A DNA stretch of 64,000 bases from Pseudomonadota bacterium. GTDB lineage: Bacteria; Bdellovibrionota; Bdellovibrionia; Bdellovibrionales; SG-bin7. This document shows positions 48,944 through 59,248 of the stretch, in pieces. The notes under the pieces were generated by a model. The model had not been told where the DNA came from and did not search any database. It worked only from the letters and a program-made list of their open reading frames with translations. The DNA lies in assembly GCA_034439715.1 (NCBI GenBank), contig JAWXAY010000075.1, positions 1,040-65,039 on the forward strand. Direction: 5' to 3'. Position 1 is the stretch's first letter. Each line of letters begins with the position of its first letter. A program made the translations under genes and the position numbers.

Positions 48944-50608
48944 ATGAGTTTGAAATTATTGAAAAGGCCTCTTGGATTATTTTTACTTTTATTTTTTATG
49001 ATGAGTCCGGCCATGGCCGTTCGTGATTCCGTTAAATTTTTGGCCATTCAAAACGGAGGTCGCCTTAAACCTTTTGATACTTTTGCTAAGGAGAGTTTGC
49101 AGCTACTTCATGGAAAAAGAAGTCTTGAGGGGCGTAGCGCGATCGATGTAATAATGACGATGTATATGGTTCCCGATCTTTGGGAAAACACGAAGTTTAT
49201 TTCAATAAAAAATCTCGACCTTAAAAGAGAATTGAAATTTGAAGAGGGCCAAAATCTTTTTTCAATGAAAGACATTCTTTCGAGTACCCGTTTGCGGCTA
49301 ATTATTGAAAAACTTCGCTCTAGAGAAGCTATGAAAGAAAAACTAAACCCTTATTATCAGGCCATACAAAAAATAGAGGGACAGATCTTTACTTACCAAT
49401 CTATTGTCAGTGGTCAGGCGCTTACTTTAGTACCACCAAAACAAGGTGAATCTAGTCAATGGTTGCCGGTTTTTCATAGTACGGGGCCATTTGTTGATCT
49501 TTTTTCTAAAATCGGCTCAGAATTTGCGATGTCGGTGGGTGCCGAGGTCAAAGACAGGAAACCAGAGTTAGATACACTTAAAAAAACGCCAGCACAGGCA
49601 GAGATTGATTTGGCCCAAAAGGTAAGCGACTTTAGCGCGGCTGCTCGTGCGCAAAACCCTGAGCTTTACCCCAAAGACCGAGATATTAAAATAGAAGTCT
49701 TTTATAACTCACTTCAACCGTTTATGTGGAGCTGGATCTGCTACCTCGTGGCTGGCTTTATGTTTTTGATGTTTTTGTTAAGCCATCGAAAATGGACGAA
49801 AAATACGGCCTTTTTCTTTCTCTTTGCTGGCTTTTTGATCCACACTTTGGGTTTTGCATTTCGCATCTATATTAGTGGGCGTCCGCCGGTCTCTAATATG
49901 TATGAAACTGTCATATGGGTGGCTTATGGCGCCATATTATTTGGATTCATTATCGAGCGCATCTATAGACATACAGTTGTGCTCATTGGCTCGTGCCTTG
50001 TCGCCATGCTCTGTTTGATTCTTGCGGATTTAGCGCCGGCAATTTTGGATCCGAGTCTGCAGCCGCTCGAGCCCGTATTGGTAAGTAATTTTTGGCTCAT
50101 TATTCACGTAATGACGATTTCTATCAGTTATGCGGCTTTCTTTTTGGCTCTTGCTTTAGGAAACATTGGTCTGTTTTTCTATATTCGAAACGAAGAAAAA
50201 AACAAGACTTCGATCAACCAGGTGACGAATGCCATTTATCGCTGCATTCAAATTGGAGTAGTGCTTTTGGCCGCGGGAATAATTTTGGGTGGAATTTGGG
50301 CCGACTATTCATGGGGAAGATTTTGGGGTTGGGATCCCAAAGAAACTTGGGCTCTTATTGCCTTGTTAGGCTACTTGGCTATGCTTCATGGCCGATTGGG
50401 TGGTTGGATTAAAAATTTTGGCATGAACGTTTGGGCTGTGGTGGCATTTTCTCTGGTTATAATGGCCTGGTACGGAGTGAATTTTGTCTTGGGTGCCGGC
50501 CTTCATTCCTATGGCTTTGGTGCTGGCGGAATAGAATACGTCGTCGGGTTTATCGTCGCCGAAATCATCTATGTAGTTTACGCATGGATGATGCGAGGAA
50601 AAGCTTAA
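48944..50608 (+). CDS. ccsA: Cytochrome c biogenesis protein CcsA/ResC (System II)
   Basis: GRLKPFDT, PVSNMYE, WLIIHV, WGRFWGWDPKETW, GLHSY. Confidence 0.93.
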   Translation: MSLKLLKRPLGLFLLLFFMMSPAMAVRDSVKFLAIQNGGRLKPFDTFAKESLQLLHGKRSLEGRSAIDVIMTMYMVPDLWENTKFISIKNLDLKRELKFEEGQNLFSMKDILSSTRLRLIIEKLRSREAMKEKLNPYYQAIQKIEGQIFTYQSIVSGQALTLVPPKQGESSQWLPVFHSTGPFVDLFSKIGSEFAMSVGAEVKDRKPELDTLKKTPAQAEIDLAQKVSDFSAAARAQNPELYPKDRDIKIEVFYNSLQPFMWSWICYLVAGFMFLMFLLSHRKWTKNTAFFFLFAGFLIHTLGFAFRIYISGRPPVSNMYETVIWVAYGAILFGFIIERIYRHTVVLIGSCLVAMLCLILADLAPAILDPSLQPLEPVLVSNFWLIIHVMTISISYAAFFLALALGNIGLFFYIRNEEKNKTSINQVTNAIYRCIQIGVVLLAAGIILGGIWADYSWGRFWGWDPKETWALIALLGYLAMLHGRLGGWIKNFGMNVWAVVAFSLVIMAWYGVNFVLGAGLHSYGFGAGGIEYVVGFIVAEIIYVVYAWMMRGKA

Positions 50609-50745
50609 AAAGGCATTAGCTTTGCGCAGGTCTTAAGCAGCTGAAATTATTTTTTTAAAAATCCTATTTGATTTCTTGAAACTAATGCTTAAGCTCAGTA
50701 ACTATTAATCTAAACTAACTACTTGATTAACAGCAAGGTAGCCTT

Positions 50746-51315
50746 ATGCATAATAAATTTTCTTATAAGTTTGTCGTGGGATTTTTACACACACTGCCAA
50801 TCTTGTTTTTGGCGTTTTCCATTATTTCCTGTAAGCCCAAAGACAAGTCAAACAAGGATCCCAACAATAATAGCATGTCGATGGCTTATAACAAAGGTTA
50901 CACTCCCGACCAGCCGATTGATTTTGATCATACTTTACATGCCGGCGTTAATAAAATTCCTTGTCTTTATTGCCACGCCAATGCGCCTCGCTCTCGGCAC
51001 GCGACGGTTCCTAGCCTAAATATTTGTATGAATTGCCATATTCAAGTAGCAACTGATCGACCAGAAATTAAAAAGCTTCAAGATCATTTTAATAACGATA
51101 GGGCTGTTGTTTGGAACAAAGTTCACCTGCTTCCTGATTTTGTAATGTTTAATCATAAGCCGCATGTTCGAAAAGGAATTGCCTGTCAATCTTGTCATGG
51201 GCCCGTGGAATCAATGGCCCAGGTAAAACAATTTTCTGACCTATCGATGGGTTGGTGTGTGGATTGCCATCGTAGAAACAACGCACCCCTAAACTGTACT
51301 ACGTGTCATCACTAA
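50746..51315 (+). CDS. actA: Alternative complex III pentaheme cytochrome c
   Basis: QPIDFDH; five CxxCH (CLYCH, CMNCH, CQSCH, CVDCH, CTTCH). Confidence 0.92.
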   Translation: MHNKFSYKFVVGFLHTLPILFLAFSIISCKPKDKSNKDPNNNSMSMAYNKGYTPDQPIDFDHTLHAGVNKIPCLYCHANAPRSRHATVPSLNICMNCHIQVATDRPEIKKLQDHFNNDRAVVWNKVHLLPDFVMFNHKPHVRKGIACQSCHGPVESMAQVKQFSDLSMGWCVDCHRRNNAPLNCTTCHH

Positions 51316-51331
51316 TAAAGAGGCTTGCATC

Positions 51332-54300
51332 ATGAGTGAAATTACTGAGAACAATCAAACTCAACAAAATAAATCAGAGAAACTCTGGGTCGGACTTGAA
51401 CACTATTATGATGATCCTAAATTTTTAGAAATGGCGCAGAAGGAATTCTTGTCGTCGCCACTGAGCAGTGAACCTGACTCAGAATTTGGTCGCCGCGAAT
51501 TTTTAAAACTCATGGGCGCGAGTATTGCCTTAGCCTCTACTTCATGCATCCGTCGTCCGGCAAACAAGATTGTACCTTATGTAAAGAGACCCGACGAAGT
51601 TGTTCCTGGCGTTGCCAATTATTACGCTACAAGCTGGCTAGATAATGGACAAGGTTTTGGCATGGTCATTAAAACCAGAGAGGGTCGACCCATTAAAGCC
51701 GAAGGATTACTAGAGCACCCGGTAAATAGGGGCGGACTTTCAGCTCGAGCCCAAGCTCATGTACTCAGTGTTTATGATCCCGATCGCGCGCGCGGGCCAA
51801 AGAAAAATATCGTTAATGAAAAGCGAACAAATTCTGACTCGGTAGAAGTGACTTGGGAAGCCGCTGACAAAGAAGTCATAGAGCAATTAAAAAAAGGAAA
51901 AGTGAGAATTCTATCAGGCACGTTGGCGTCTCCGTCGACAGAGTCTTTGATATCTGAGTTCTCTCGTGCTTTTGGGGCTAAGCATATCGTTTGGGATAAT
52001 TTAGGTGCTGATGATGTAAAAGAAGGGCAAGCCCTTTGCTACGGCCAAGAAGCGGTGCCGCGCTACCGGTTTGATAAAGCTAAAACTGTCGTCAGCTTTG
52101 GTGCCGACTTTTTGGGAACCTATTTATCACCCGTAGAATTTACGAAACTGTTTGCTAAATCTCGGCATGCGGGACCTTTGATGAGTCAGTTGGTGGTTTT
52201 TGAATCCCTGTATTCATTAACAGGGGCCAATGCCGACACTCGTGTTTCGGTGGCTAGCGACCAATTGTTTGCGAGCCTCATGGGCCTTATTCATGAAATC
52301 GTCGTTGTGAACAAAAAATCAAGTTATGCTGGCAACGCAGAAGTTCAAAAGTGGCTGGAGCCCTACGCGAATGTGGCTGTGAATAATGGAGTTTCTTCAG
52401 AAATTTTTTCGCAGCTGGCTCAAGAATTATGGAAAAATAGAGGCGAGAGCCTCATCATTTCAGGTGGATTAAATATTCCAACAAAACAAGCTGTGCCTCT
52501 GCAAATAGCCACTAATTTTTTGAATTCATTACTCGATAACGATGGTAAAACGATTGATGTCAACATTTCGCCCAACAAAACCTACAAGGGCTCATTTAAG
52601 GCGTTGGCTTTGCTGATTGATGAGATGAAAAATGGACAGGTCTCGACGTTGATTATTCATCGCTCCAATCCTATTTATTCCCTCCCAGTATCTTCGGGTT
52701 TTCAAGAAGCTCTGAATAAAGTGGGGCTTGTGATTTATACCGGAGACCGTAACGATGAAACTGGCAGAATCTCAAATATGTTTTTACCGGATCACCATTC
52801 GCTTGAAAACTGGGGCGATGGAGAATTTCAAAAACAGGTTTACTCAATTCAACAGCCGACCATTAGGCCAATGTTTAACACCCGAGCCTTTCAGGATTCT
52901 CTCTTAACTTGGATGAGCCTCGGTGGCTCAAAGTCAGCGGCTAAGGATTGGCATGATTATTTGGTGAATTATTGGAAGTCCAACATTTACGGCCAGTGGA
53001 CCAAAGGGGCAAAAAGTTTTGAGGAGTTTTGGGTTGACGTTTTGCAACGTGGCGTAATGGATGTTTCTAACTTATCGGCCAAGCGGTCAGCGACTAGTGG
53101 AGCTAGGCCTTTTAGTTTAGGCGCCTTAAAAAATTCTAAGGTAGAAGCGGCACCACCGGGTACAAAATTATTAATGTATTCTAAGGTTGGCATGGGCGAT
53201 GGTTCGATGGCCAATATTTCGTGGATCCAAGAGTTTCCTGATCCCGTTACAAAAATTACCTGGGATAATTATTTAACGGTATCTGAAGAGTTTGCTAGTA
53301 AAAATGGCCTCAAGGAAGGCTCATTAGTTGAAGTCACTGCCAACGAGTATGTCGAGGCCCTGCCTGTGCACATTCAGCCGGGGCAACATTCAAATGCGGT
53401 GGGTGTGGCAGTCGGATATGGTCGTCGATTTGCCGGTAAAATTGCGAGCGAAAGTGGCGAGGAAGTTAGCAATAGATCGATTGGTCAAAACGCTTTTCTT
53501 TTTGCCAAACTTGAAAATGATCAGTGGATTCGCTCGGGAATGACCGTAAAAGTTACAGTCATTGAAGACAAGTTTCATCCTTTAGCCTGCACTCAGGGCC
53601 ACCATATGCTGCGTGATAAAAAATTTGAAGTGAAGGATCGCAACATTATTGCCCATACCTCTCTTACGGAATTCTTAAAAAATAAGAAGGCTGGAATTCA
53701 CCAACATGGTGAATTAAAGAGTATTTGGCCTGAGCACAAATACACCGGCCACAAATGGGCCATGGTCATTGACAGTAACTCCTGTACAGGCTGCAGCGCC
53801 TGCGTTGTGGCTTGTCAGTCCGAAAATAATATTCCTGCCGTAGGAAAGCGATACGTTTTAGAAGGACGTGAGATGCATTGGATTCGGATCGATCGTTACT
53901 ACCGAGGTGACCCCGAGGCGCCTGAAACTTTGTATCAGCCAATGCTGTGTCAACATTGTGACAATGCTCCTTGCGAAACAGTCTGCCCGGTGGTTGCCAC
54001 TTCTCACAGTAGCGAGGGACTCAACGAAATGATTTATAATCGTTGTGTGGGGACTAGATACTGTTCCAATAACTGTCCTTACAAGGTGCGAAGGTTTAAC
54101 TGGTTTAATTATTTAGATCATAATGACACTTTAAAATTAGCCTATAACCCCGAGGTCACAGTTCGTAGTCGAGGGGTGATGGAAAAATGTACCTTTTGCG
54201 TCCAAAGAATTAAAGAAGCCAAGCAAACAGCTCAGGATAAAAAGGTGCCCTTGGCTGACGGCGATATCAGAACCGCATGTCAGCAATCTTGTCCGGCCGA

Positions 54301-54478
54301 TGCGATATCTTTTGGGGACAATAACGATAAAGGCAGTCAAGTTAGTCAGCTTTTTAACTCTGACCGAGCCAGCGTTGTATTAGAGGAGCTTTATGCAAAG
54401 CCGGCAATTAAATATCTGACTAAAATTAAGAATCCTTTGATGGCACAAGTGAGTTCGCATCAAGAAGGAGGTCATTGA
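51332..54478 (+). CDS. actB: Alternative complex III molybdopterin-oxidoreductase-like/Fe-S subunit
   Basis: Tat RREFLK plus lipobox STSC; [33 protein letters not shown]. Confidence 0.95.
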   Translation: MSEITENNQTQQNKSEKLWVGLEHYYDDPKFLEMAQKEFLSSPLSSEPDSEFGRREFLKLMGASIALASTSCIRRPANKIVPYVKRPDEVVPGVANYYATSWLDNGQGFGMVIKTREGRPIKAEGLLEHPVNRGGLSARAQAHVLSVYDPDRARGPKKNIVNEKRTNSDSVEVTWEAADKEVIEQLKKGKVRILSGTLASPSTESLISEFSRAFGAKHIVWDNLGADDVKEGQALCYGQEAVPRYRFDKAKTVVSFGADFLGTYLSPVEFTKLFAKSRHAGPLMSQLVVFESLYSLTGANADTRVSVASDQLFASLMGLIHEIVVVNKKSSYAGNAEVQKWLEPYANVAVNNGVSSEIFSQLAQELWKNRGESLIISGGLNIPTKQAVPLQIATNFLNSLLDNDGKTIDVNISPNKTYKGSFKALALLIDEMKNGQVSTLIIHRSNPIYSLPVSSGFQEALNKVGLVIYTGDRNDETGRISNMFLPDHHSLENWGDGEFQKQVYSIQQPTIRPMFNTRAFQDSLLTWMSLGGSKSAAKDWHDYLVNYWKSNIYGQWTKGAKSFEEFWVDVLQRGVMDVSNLSAKRSATSGARPFSLGALKNSKVEAAPPGTKLLMYSKVGMGDGSMANISWIQEFPDPVTKITWDNYLTVSEEFASKNGLKEGSLVEVTANEYVEALPVHIQPGQHSNAVGVAVGYGRRFAGKIASESGEEVSNRSIGQNAFLFAKLENDQWIRSGMTVKVTVIEDKFHPLACTQGHHMLRDKKFEVKDRNIIAHTSLTEFLKNKKAGIHQHGELKSIWPEHKYTGHKWAMVIDSNSCTGCSACVVACQSENNIPAVGKRYVLEGREMHWIRIDRYYRGDPEAPETLYQPMLCQHCDNAPCETVCPVVATSHSSEGLNEMIYNRCVGTRYCSNNCPYKVRRFNWFNYLDHNDTLKLAYNPEVTVRSRGVMEKCTFCVQRIKEAKQTAQDKKVPLADGDIRTACQQSCPADAISFGDNNDKGSQVSQLFNSDRASVVLEELYAKPAIKYLTKIKNPLMAQVSSHQEGGH

Positions 54479-55863
54479 TGTTTACCCGAGACCAGCTAAT
54501 CACCGGAAATAAAACACTTGAACAGATCACCAATGATATCTGCGAGCCCGTAGAGACGGTGCCCACAATTAAATGGGTGGCGCTAATGTTGGGTGCTAAC
54601 TCCACGCTTTTAATTTTCGTATCCACATTGATCATGATCATTGGACTCGGCATGGGCCTAATGGCTGTCAATCATCCCATCGGCTGGGGAACAGATATTA
54701 TAACTTTTGTTTTTTGGATTGGTATCGGACATGCGGGCACGCTCATCTCAGCAATTCTATTTTTATTTCGACAAAAGTGGCGGACATCAATAGCGCGCTC
54801 GGCAGAAGCGATGACAGTTTTTGCAGTTATGACTGCAGGTATTTTTCCGCTTTTACATACCGGCCGCCCGTGGTTAGGCTATTGGTTGTTGCCTTATCCC
54901 AATCAACGCGGTCCTTTGTGGATCAACTTTCGGTCACCTCTTCTTTGGGACGTGTTTGCTGTTTCTACGTACATGACTGTTTCGGTTGTTTTTTGGTACG
55001 TGGGGATGGTTCCTGATTTTGCGACTCTGCGCGATCGGGCTAAAAATAAAATACGTAAGATTGCCTATGGTGCCTTGTCGCTCGGTTGGCGAGGTACCGC
55101 GCGAAATTGGAGCCACTATGAAATGACTTACCTCCTCCTGGCGGGTCTTTCAACACCACTTGTATTGTCGGTTCATACAATTGTATCTTTTGATTTCGCG
55201 GTCTCCCAACTTCCGGGTTGGCACACAACTATTTTTCCGCCCTACTTTGTGGCTGGAGCGATTTTTTCGGGTTTTGGAATGGTAGTGACTTTAATGACCT
55301 TGGTCAGGATCGGATTTCCAAAATTTAAAGATTATGTGACCATTAATCATATGGAAGTCATGAATAAGATCATCATGACTACGGGACTGATGGTTGGCTA
55401 CGCCTACGCGACCGAGTTTTTTATAGCTTGGTATTCCGGAAATCCCTTTGAGTCTTTTGTCTTCATCAATCGAGCATTTGGCCCCTACGCCTGGTCTTAT
55501 TGGATCATGGTAACCTGCAACGTATTTATCCCGCAACTTTTTTGGTGGAAGAGCATTCGTCGCAGTATTCCCGCAATGTTTGTGATTTCAATCTGTGTGA
55601 ATATTGGTATGTGGTTTGAGCGGTTTGTTATTGTGGTAACATCCCTCCATCGAGACTTTCTGCCCGCAAACTGGGGCGATTTTATTTTTACTTGGGCTGA
55701 CTTTGGTGTTTTGTTTGGTAGTTTTGGATTTTTTTTAACACTGTTTTTATTGTACCTAAGATTGGCTCCGGCTATTTCGATTGCTGAGTTAAAACCGGTG
55801 TTAAATGTGGGTCGCGACAATAATGGGCATGATGCCTCTAGCGGAGGAACTCATCATGGCTAA
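54475..55863 (+). CDS. actC: Alternative complex III NrfD-like quinol-oxidising subunit
   Basis: [40 protein letters not shown]. Confidence 0.95.
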   Translation: MMFTRDQLITGNKTLEQITNDICEPVETVPTIKWVALMLGANSTLLIFVSTLIMIIGLGMGLMAVNHPIGWGTDIITFVFWIGIGHAGTLISAILFLFRQKWRTSIARSAEAMTVFAVMTAGIFPLLHTGRPWLGYWLLPYPNQRGPLWINFRSPLLWDVFAVSTYMTVSVVFWYVGMVPDFATLRDRAKNKIRKIAYGALSLGWRGTARNWSHYEMTYLLLAGLSTPLVLSVHTIVSFDFAVSQLPGWHTTIFPPYFVAGAIFSGFGMVVTLMTLVRIGFPKFKDYVTINHMEVMNKIIMTTGLMVGYAYATEFFIAWYSGNPFESFVFINRAFGPYAWSYWIMVTCNVFIPQLFWWKSIRRSIPAMFVISICVNIGMWFERFVIVVTSLHRDFLPANWGDFIFTWADFGVLFGSFGFFLTLFLLYLRLAPAISIAELKPVLNVGRDNNGHDASSGGTHHG

Positions 55864-56389
55864 GAATAAAAAAGTCACGGTCGGAATATGGGAAGACGAA
55901 CACAAATTGATCGAAGCTGCTCGCAAAACACGAGAGGCTGGATTTAAGATTTTTGACGCAATTACCCCTTACCCCGTTCATGGAATCGAAGAGGCCATGG
56001 GTATAAAGAGATCATGGATCCCCTATATTTGCTTTAGCTTTGGCATTTTAGGCTGCACTTTTGCCGTTTGGCTGACTAATTATGTCGCTGAGACCGAGTG
56101 GCCAATTAACATTGGCGGCAAGCCACTAACTCTTTGGGCTGCCTCACCCGGATTTATGCCGATCATATTTGAAGTTTCAGTTCTATTTGCGGCTTTAAGC
56201 AGTGTGGCTGCTCTGCTTTTTGTGGCGTGCGACCTCCCCAAAATAAATCCGCCAATAATTGATCCCGCTTTAACGTCGCATAAATTCGCAATTTTTGTAG
56301 ATGAAGCCGACGCCAGCTATAACACGGCAAAAATTCAACAACAGTTTAAAGAGTGGGGCGCTAAAGAAACTCGGGAAACGGAGTTTTAG
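55856..56389 (+). CDS. actD: Alternative complex III subunit D (DUF3341)
   Basis: [21 protein letters not shown]; SD GGAGGA before ATG 55856. Confidence 0.92.
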   Translation: MAKNKKVTVGIWEDEHKLIEAARKTREAGFKIFDAITPYPVHGIEEAMGIKRSWIPYICFSFGILGCTFAVWLTNYVAETEWPINIGGKPLTLWAASPGFMPIIFEVSVLFAALSSVAALLFVACDLPKINPPIIDPALTSHKFAIFVDEADASYNTAKIQQQFKEWGAKETRETEF

Positions 56390-56956
56390 ATGAATAGAAT
56401 GACTTTTCACATAGTATTTCCATTGGCATGCCTGATATTGGGCGGGTGCGATCCCAAACAGCCCAACATTGAGATTATTCAGGACATGATGGATCAGGAC
56501 TCGGTGAAGGCACAAGACTATGAGCCCAAAAAATCAGATGGATTGGCGATGCGGATTCCGCCGAAGGGTACAATTCCAATTAATTTCGAAGCCTACATTA
56601 TTAAAGATGTGGACGAAGCCTCTAGCAAACTTAAGAATCCTAATGCGGATTTAGTTACGCGTACGGCTCAGGAGCAAAAAGACGTTTTAGAACGCGGTCG
56701 CTTTATGTTTGATACCTACTGCGCTATTTGTCATGGCCCTCAGGGCAAAGGCGATGGTGCTGTCGCTGATAAAATGTTAATTAAGCGACCACCTTCTTTG
56801 CTGGTGGCACCGATATTAGGTTATAAAGATGGTCGATATTTTCATGTGATCTCCCAAGGATACGGAGTTATGAGCTCCTATGCCGGGCAGGTAGGAAAAT
56901 TTGAAGATCGTTGGGCGATTGTGACATGGATTAGACAGCTTCAAAAAATGAATTAA
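56390..56956 (+). CDS. actE: Alternative complex III monoheme cytochrome c lipoprotein
   Basis: Lipobox LGGC, DM..Q, CAICHG, DRWAIV. Confidence 0.92.
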   Translation: MNRMTFHIVFPLACLILGGCDPKQPNIEIIQDMMDQDSVKAQDYEPKKSDGLAMRIPPKGTIPINFEAYIIKDVDEASSKLKNPNADLVTRTAQEQKDVLERGRFMFDTYCAICHGPQGKGDGAVADKMLIKRPPSLLVAPILGYKDGRYFHVISQGYGVMSSYAGQVGKFEDRWAIVTWIRQLQKMN

Positions 56957-56971
56957 TGAGGGGCAAGGACA

Positions 56972-58183
56972 ATGGTTGCAAGTTCACATGTAGATATGAA
57001 TGTTAAGCCAGGAAACCTTTTAGTTTCTGCACGATTTAAAACTACTTATTCAGTTCTAATGTTTTTAGGACTTGCCGTTTTTTTGGTGGGTTTAAAACAG
57101 TCCCAAGAAAGAGCGTGGGCCTCATACCTGATTGGGTTCTTCTTTTTTACTAGTTTAAGTTTGGGTGGGATATTTTTTACCTGCCTTCAACATGTAACTC
57201 ATGCTGGCTGGAGTGTAAATATCCGTCGATTTTCAGAAAGCATGTCCGCGTTTTTACCTTATGCTTTTGTTTTAGGTTTGATTTTTCTATTTACAGGCAG
57301 TGGCAAGTTGTACGATTGGCTTGATTCAAGTTATATGATGGCAGATCCCCTTTTGGCAAAGAAGGCTTCATATTTAAACGGGCCTTTTTTTGCGATCAGA
57401 ATCTTGCTATTTTTTCTTATTTGGCTAGTGCTAAAAAATCGAATTATTGGTCAGTCATTAAAACAGGATGAAAACAATGACTCCAGCATCACCAATAAAG
57501 TCGTGCCATGGAGTATTGCGTTTTTATTAATATTTGCGCTTTCCTATACGCTTTTTAGTATCGACACTATTATGAGTTTGGATCCTCATTGGTACAGCAC
57601 AATGTTTGGTGTTTATTGTTTTGCAGGGCTGTTTCAAGCTTCCCTCGCGATGATGATACTCATTACTATTTGGATTCGAAAAAAGGGCTTGGTAAATGCT
57701 TTTGTAAAAACGGATCACCTGCATGATTTGGGTAAGTTTTTAAAAGGATTTACTGTCTTTATGGCCTATATCGGCTTTTCGCAATTCATGTTAATCTGGT
57801 ACGCCAATCTGCCCGAAGAAACCGAATTCTTTTTGCACCGATCTCACAGCGGGTGGATGAATATTAGCTTATCATTGTTGATTTTTAAGTTTATTGTGCC
57901 ATTTTTACTGCTCTTACCAATGAAAAATAAAAGATCCACACCTCACCTTACCCTCGTTTCAATTTTGGTTTTGATTATGGAATACGTCGATCTTTATTGG
58001 CTTATCTATCCTAATATTAAAGGCGGCTCGCACGTTATGTTTGGCGTTTGGGAGATCGGCGTATTTTTAGGGTTCCTTGGAGCCTTTATGTTTGCGGTTT
58101 CAAGATTTTTAGCTAAACATAGTTTGATTCCCATGAACGACCCACGCAGACACGAGTCTATGGCTCACCACGTGAGCTATTGA
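56972..58183 (+). CDS. actF: Alternative complex III subunit F
   Basis: About ten TMs; MSLDPHWYSTMFG, HDLGK, QFMLIWYANLPEE. Confidence 0.93.
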   Translation: MVASSHVDMNVKPGNLLVSARFKTTYSVLMFLGLAVFLVGLKQSQERAWASYLIGFFFFTSLSLGGIFFTCLQHVTHAGWSVNIRRFSESMSAFLPYAFVLGLIFLFTGSGKLYDWLDSSYMMADPLLAKKASYLNGPFFAIRILLFFLIWLVLKNRIIGQSLKQDENNDSSITNKVVPWSIAFLLIFALSYTLFSIDTIMSLDPHWYSTMFGVYCFAGLFQASLAMMILITIWIRKKGLVNAFVKTDHLHDLGKFLKGFTVFMAYIGFSQFMLIWYANLPEETEFFLHRSHSGWMNISLSLLIFKFIVPFLLLLPMKNKRSTPHLTLVSILVLIMEYVDLYWLIYPNIKGGSHVMFGVWEIGVFLGFLGAFMFAVSRFLAKHSLIPMNDPRRHESMAHHVSY

Positions 58184-58214
58184 AAAAAACACAAAAGGCA
58201 CTTGGTGTTTTTTT
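58183..58214 (+). terminator. Possible intrinsic terminator after actF
   Basis: AAAAAAACAC...GTGTTTTTTT inverted repeat; weak GC stem. Confidence 0.4.
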
Positions 58215-58254
58215 GTAATGACTTCTTGGACAGTGCTGCGTAAGTAACCGCTTT

Positions 58255-59217
58255 ATGACTCGATTAAGATTTTCGTACGTATTTTTGTTTCAGATTATTT
58301 TGGGAAGCTCCGTGGCGACTTTTGCAAAACCAATCGTGGTCAATGTCGCCGATACCTTTTCTATCAACTGGACGAACAATAAAGAGGCCACTTCCAGCCA
58401 AAGAGTTAAATCTTTTCATGAGAACGTCGTTCCACAATTCCCCGAGTTTTATAAATATCGATTTAATACTTTAAAAAAGCAAGCAAGAGATGTTGGCCAA
58501 GAGATCGTAAGACATTTTGATGAGTTTTCAGAAATTTCGATTGAGTTTTCAAAGCTTTCAAAAGAGCTGCCGACAAATCTTGAAAACGCTATTTTAAGTT
58601 TTTCAGAAAGATTTAAAGACTTTGATTCGAATTTTAAGATTTACCTCATTCATAGCCTAGACGAAATGGACGGGGGCGTAAGAACAGTCGGCGATCAAGA
58701 GTTTTTTATTTTTGGACTTGAAAGCATGATTAAATTTCATAATTTCTCTAACAGAACTCCTTTTTTTCATCACGAGCTGTTTCATCTATACCATTTTCAG
58801 GTGCGAAAGGCCGAATTTAGAGAAGAACTTTGGGAGTACCTTTGGATAGAGGGTCTTGCCACCTATATGTCTCATGTTTTAAATCCTACTGCTACTTATA
58901 TTGATTTAGCTTTGGACGTGCCTGAAGGATTAGTAAACAAATGCGAAAAAAATTTTCCGGACATAATAGAAGCTTTACTAGCTTCGTTCGACTCTAAGTC
59001 TCCCGAAGTTTATGCTAAATTCTTTTTACCCAACGCTAACGACGAAATTATTCCTTCTCGAGCTGCGTACTATATCGGATATCTATTAGCCAAAGAGATT
59101 GCTAAAACAGCGGCGCCGGCGACTCTTGTGAACTTGGGTGGCGATGCCTTAAAATTACAACTACGAAAAGCATTACAGCAACTGCTTCGGACTCATCAAA
59201 ATGAATCCCATTTTTGA
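58255..59217 (+). CDS. Secreted DUF2268-like Zn-dependent protease (gluzincin)
   Basis: Signal peptide; HELFH then EGLATY; RAAYYIGY. Confidence 0.82.
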   Translation: MTRLRFSYVFLFQIILGSSVATFAKPIVVNVADTFSINWTNNKEATSSQRVKSFHENVVPQFPEFYKYRFNTLKKQARDVGQEIVRHFDEFSEISIEFSKLSKELPTNLENAILSFSERFKDFDSNFKIYLIHSLDEMDGGVRTVGDQEFFIFGLESMIKFHNFSNRTPFFHHELFHLYHFQVRKAEFREELWEYLWIEGLATYMSHVLNPTATYIDLALDVPEGLVNKCEKNFPDIIEALLASFDSKSPEVYAKFFLPNANDEIIPSRAAYYIGYLLAKEIAKTAAPATLVNLGGDALKLQLRKALQQLLRTHQNESHF

Positions 59218-59248
59218 ATACGTAAACTCCATTAGCAGCGATAAATAA

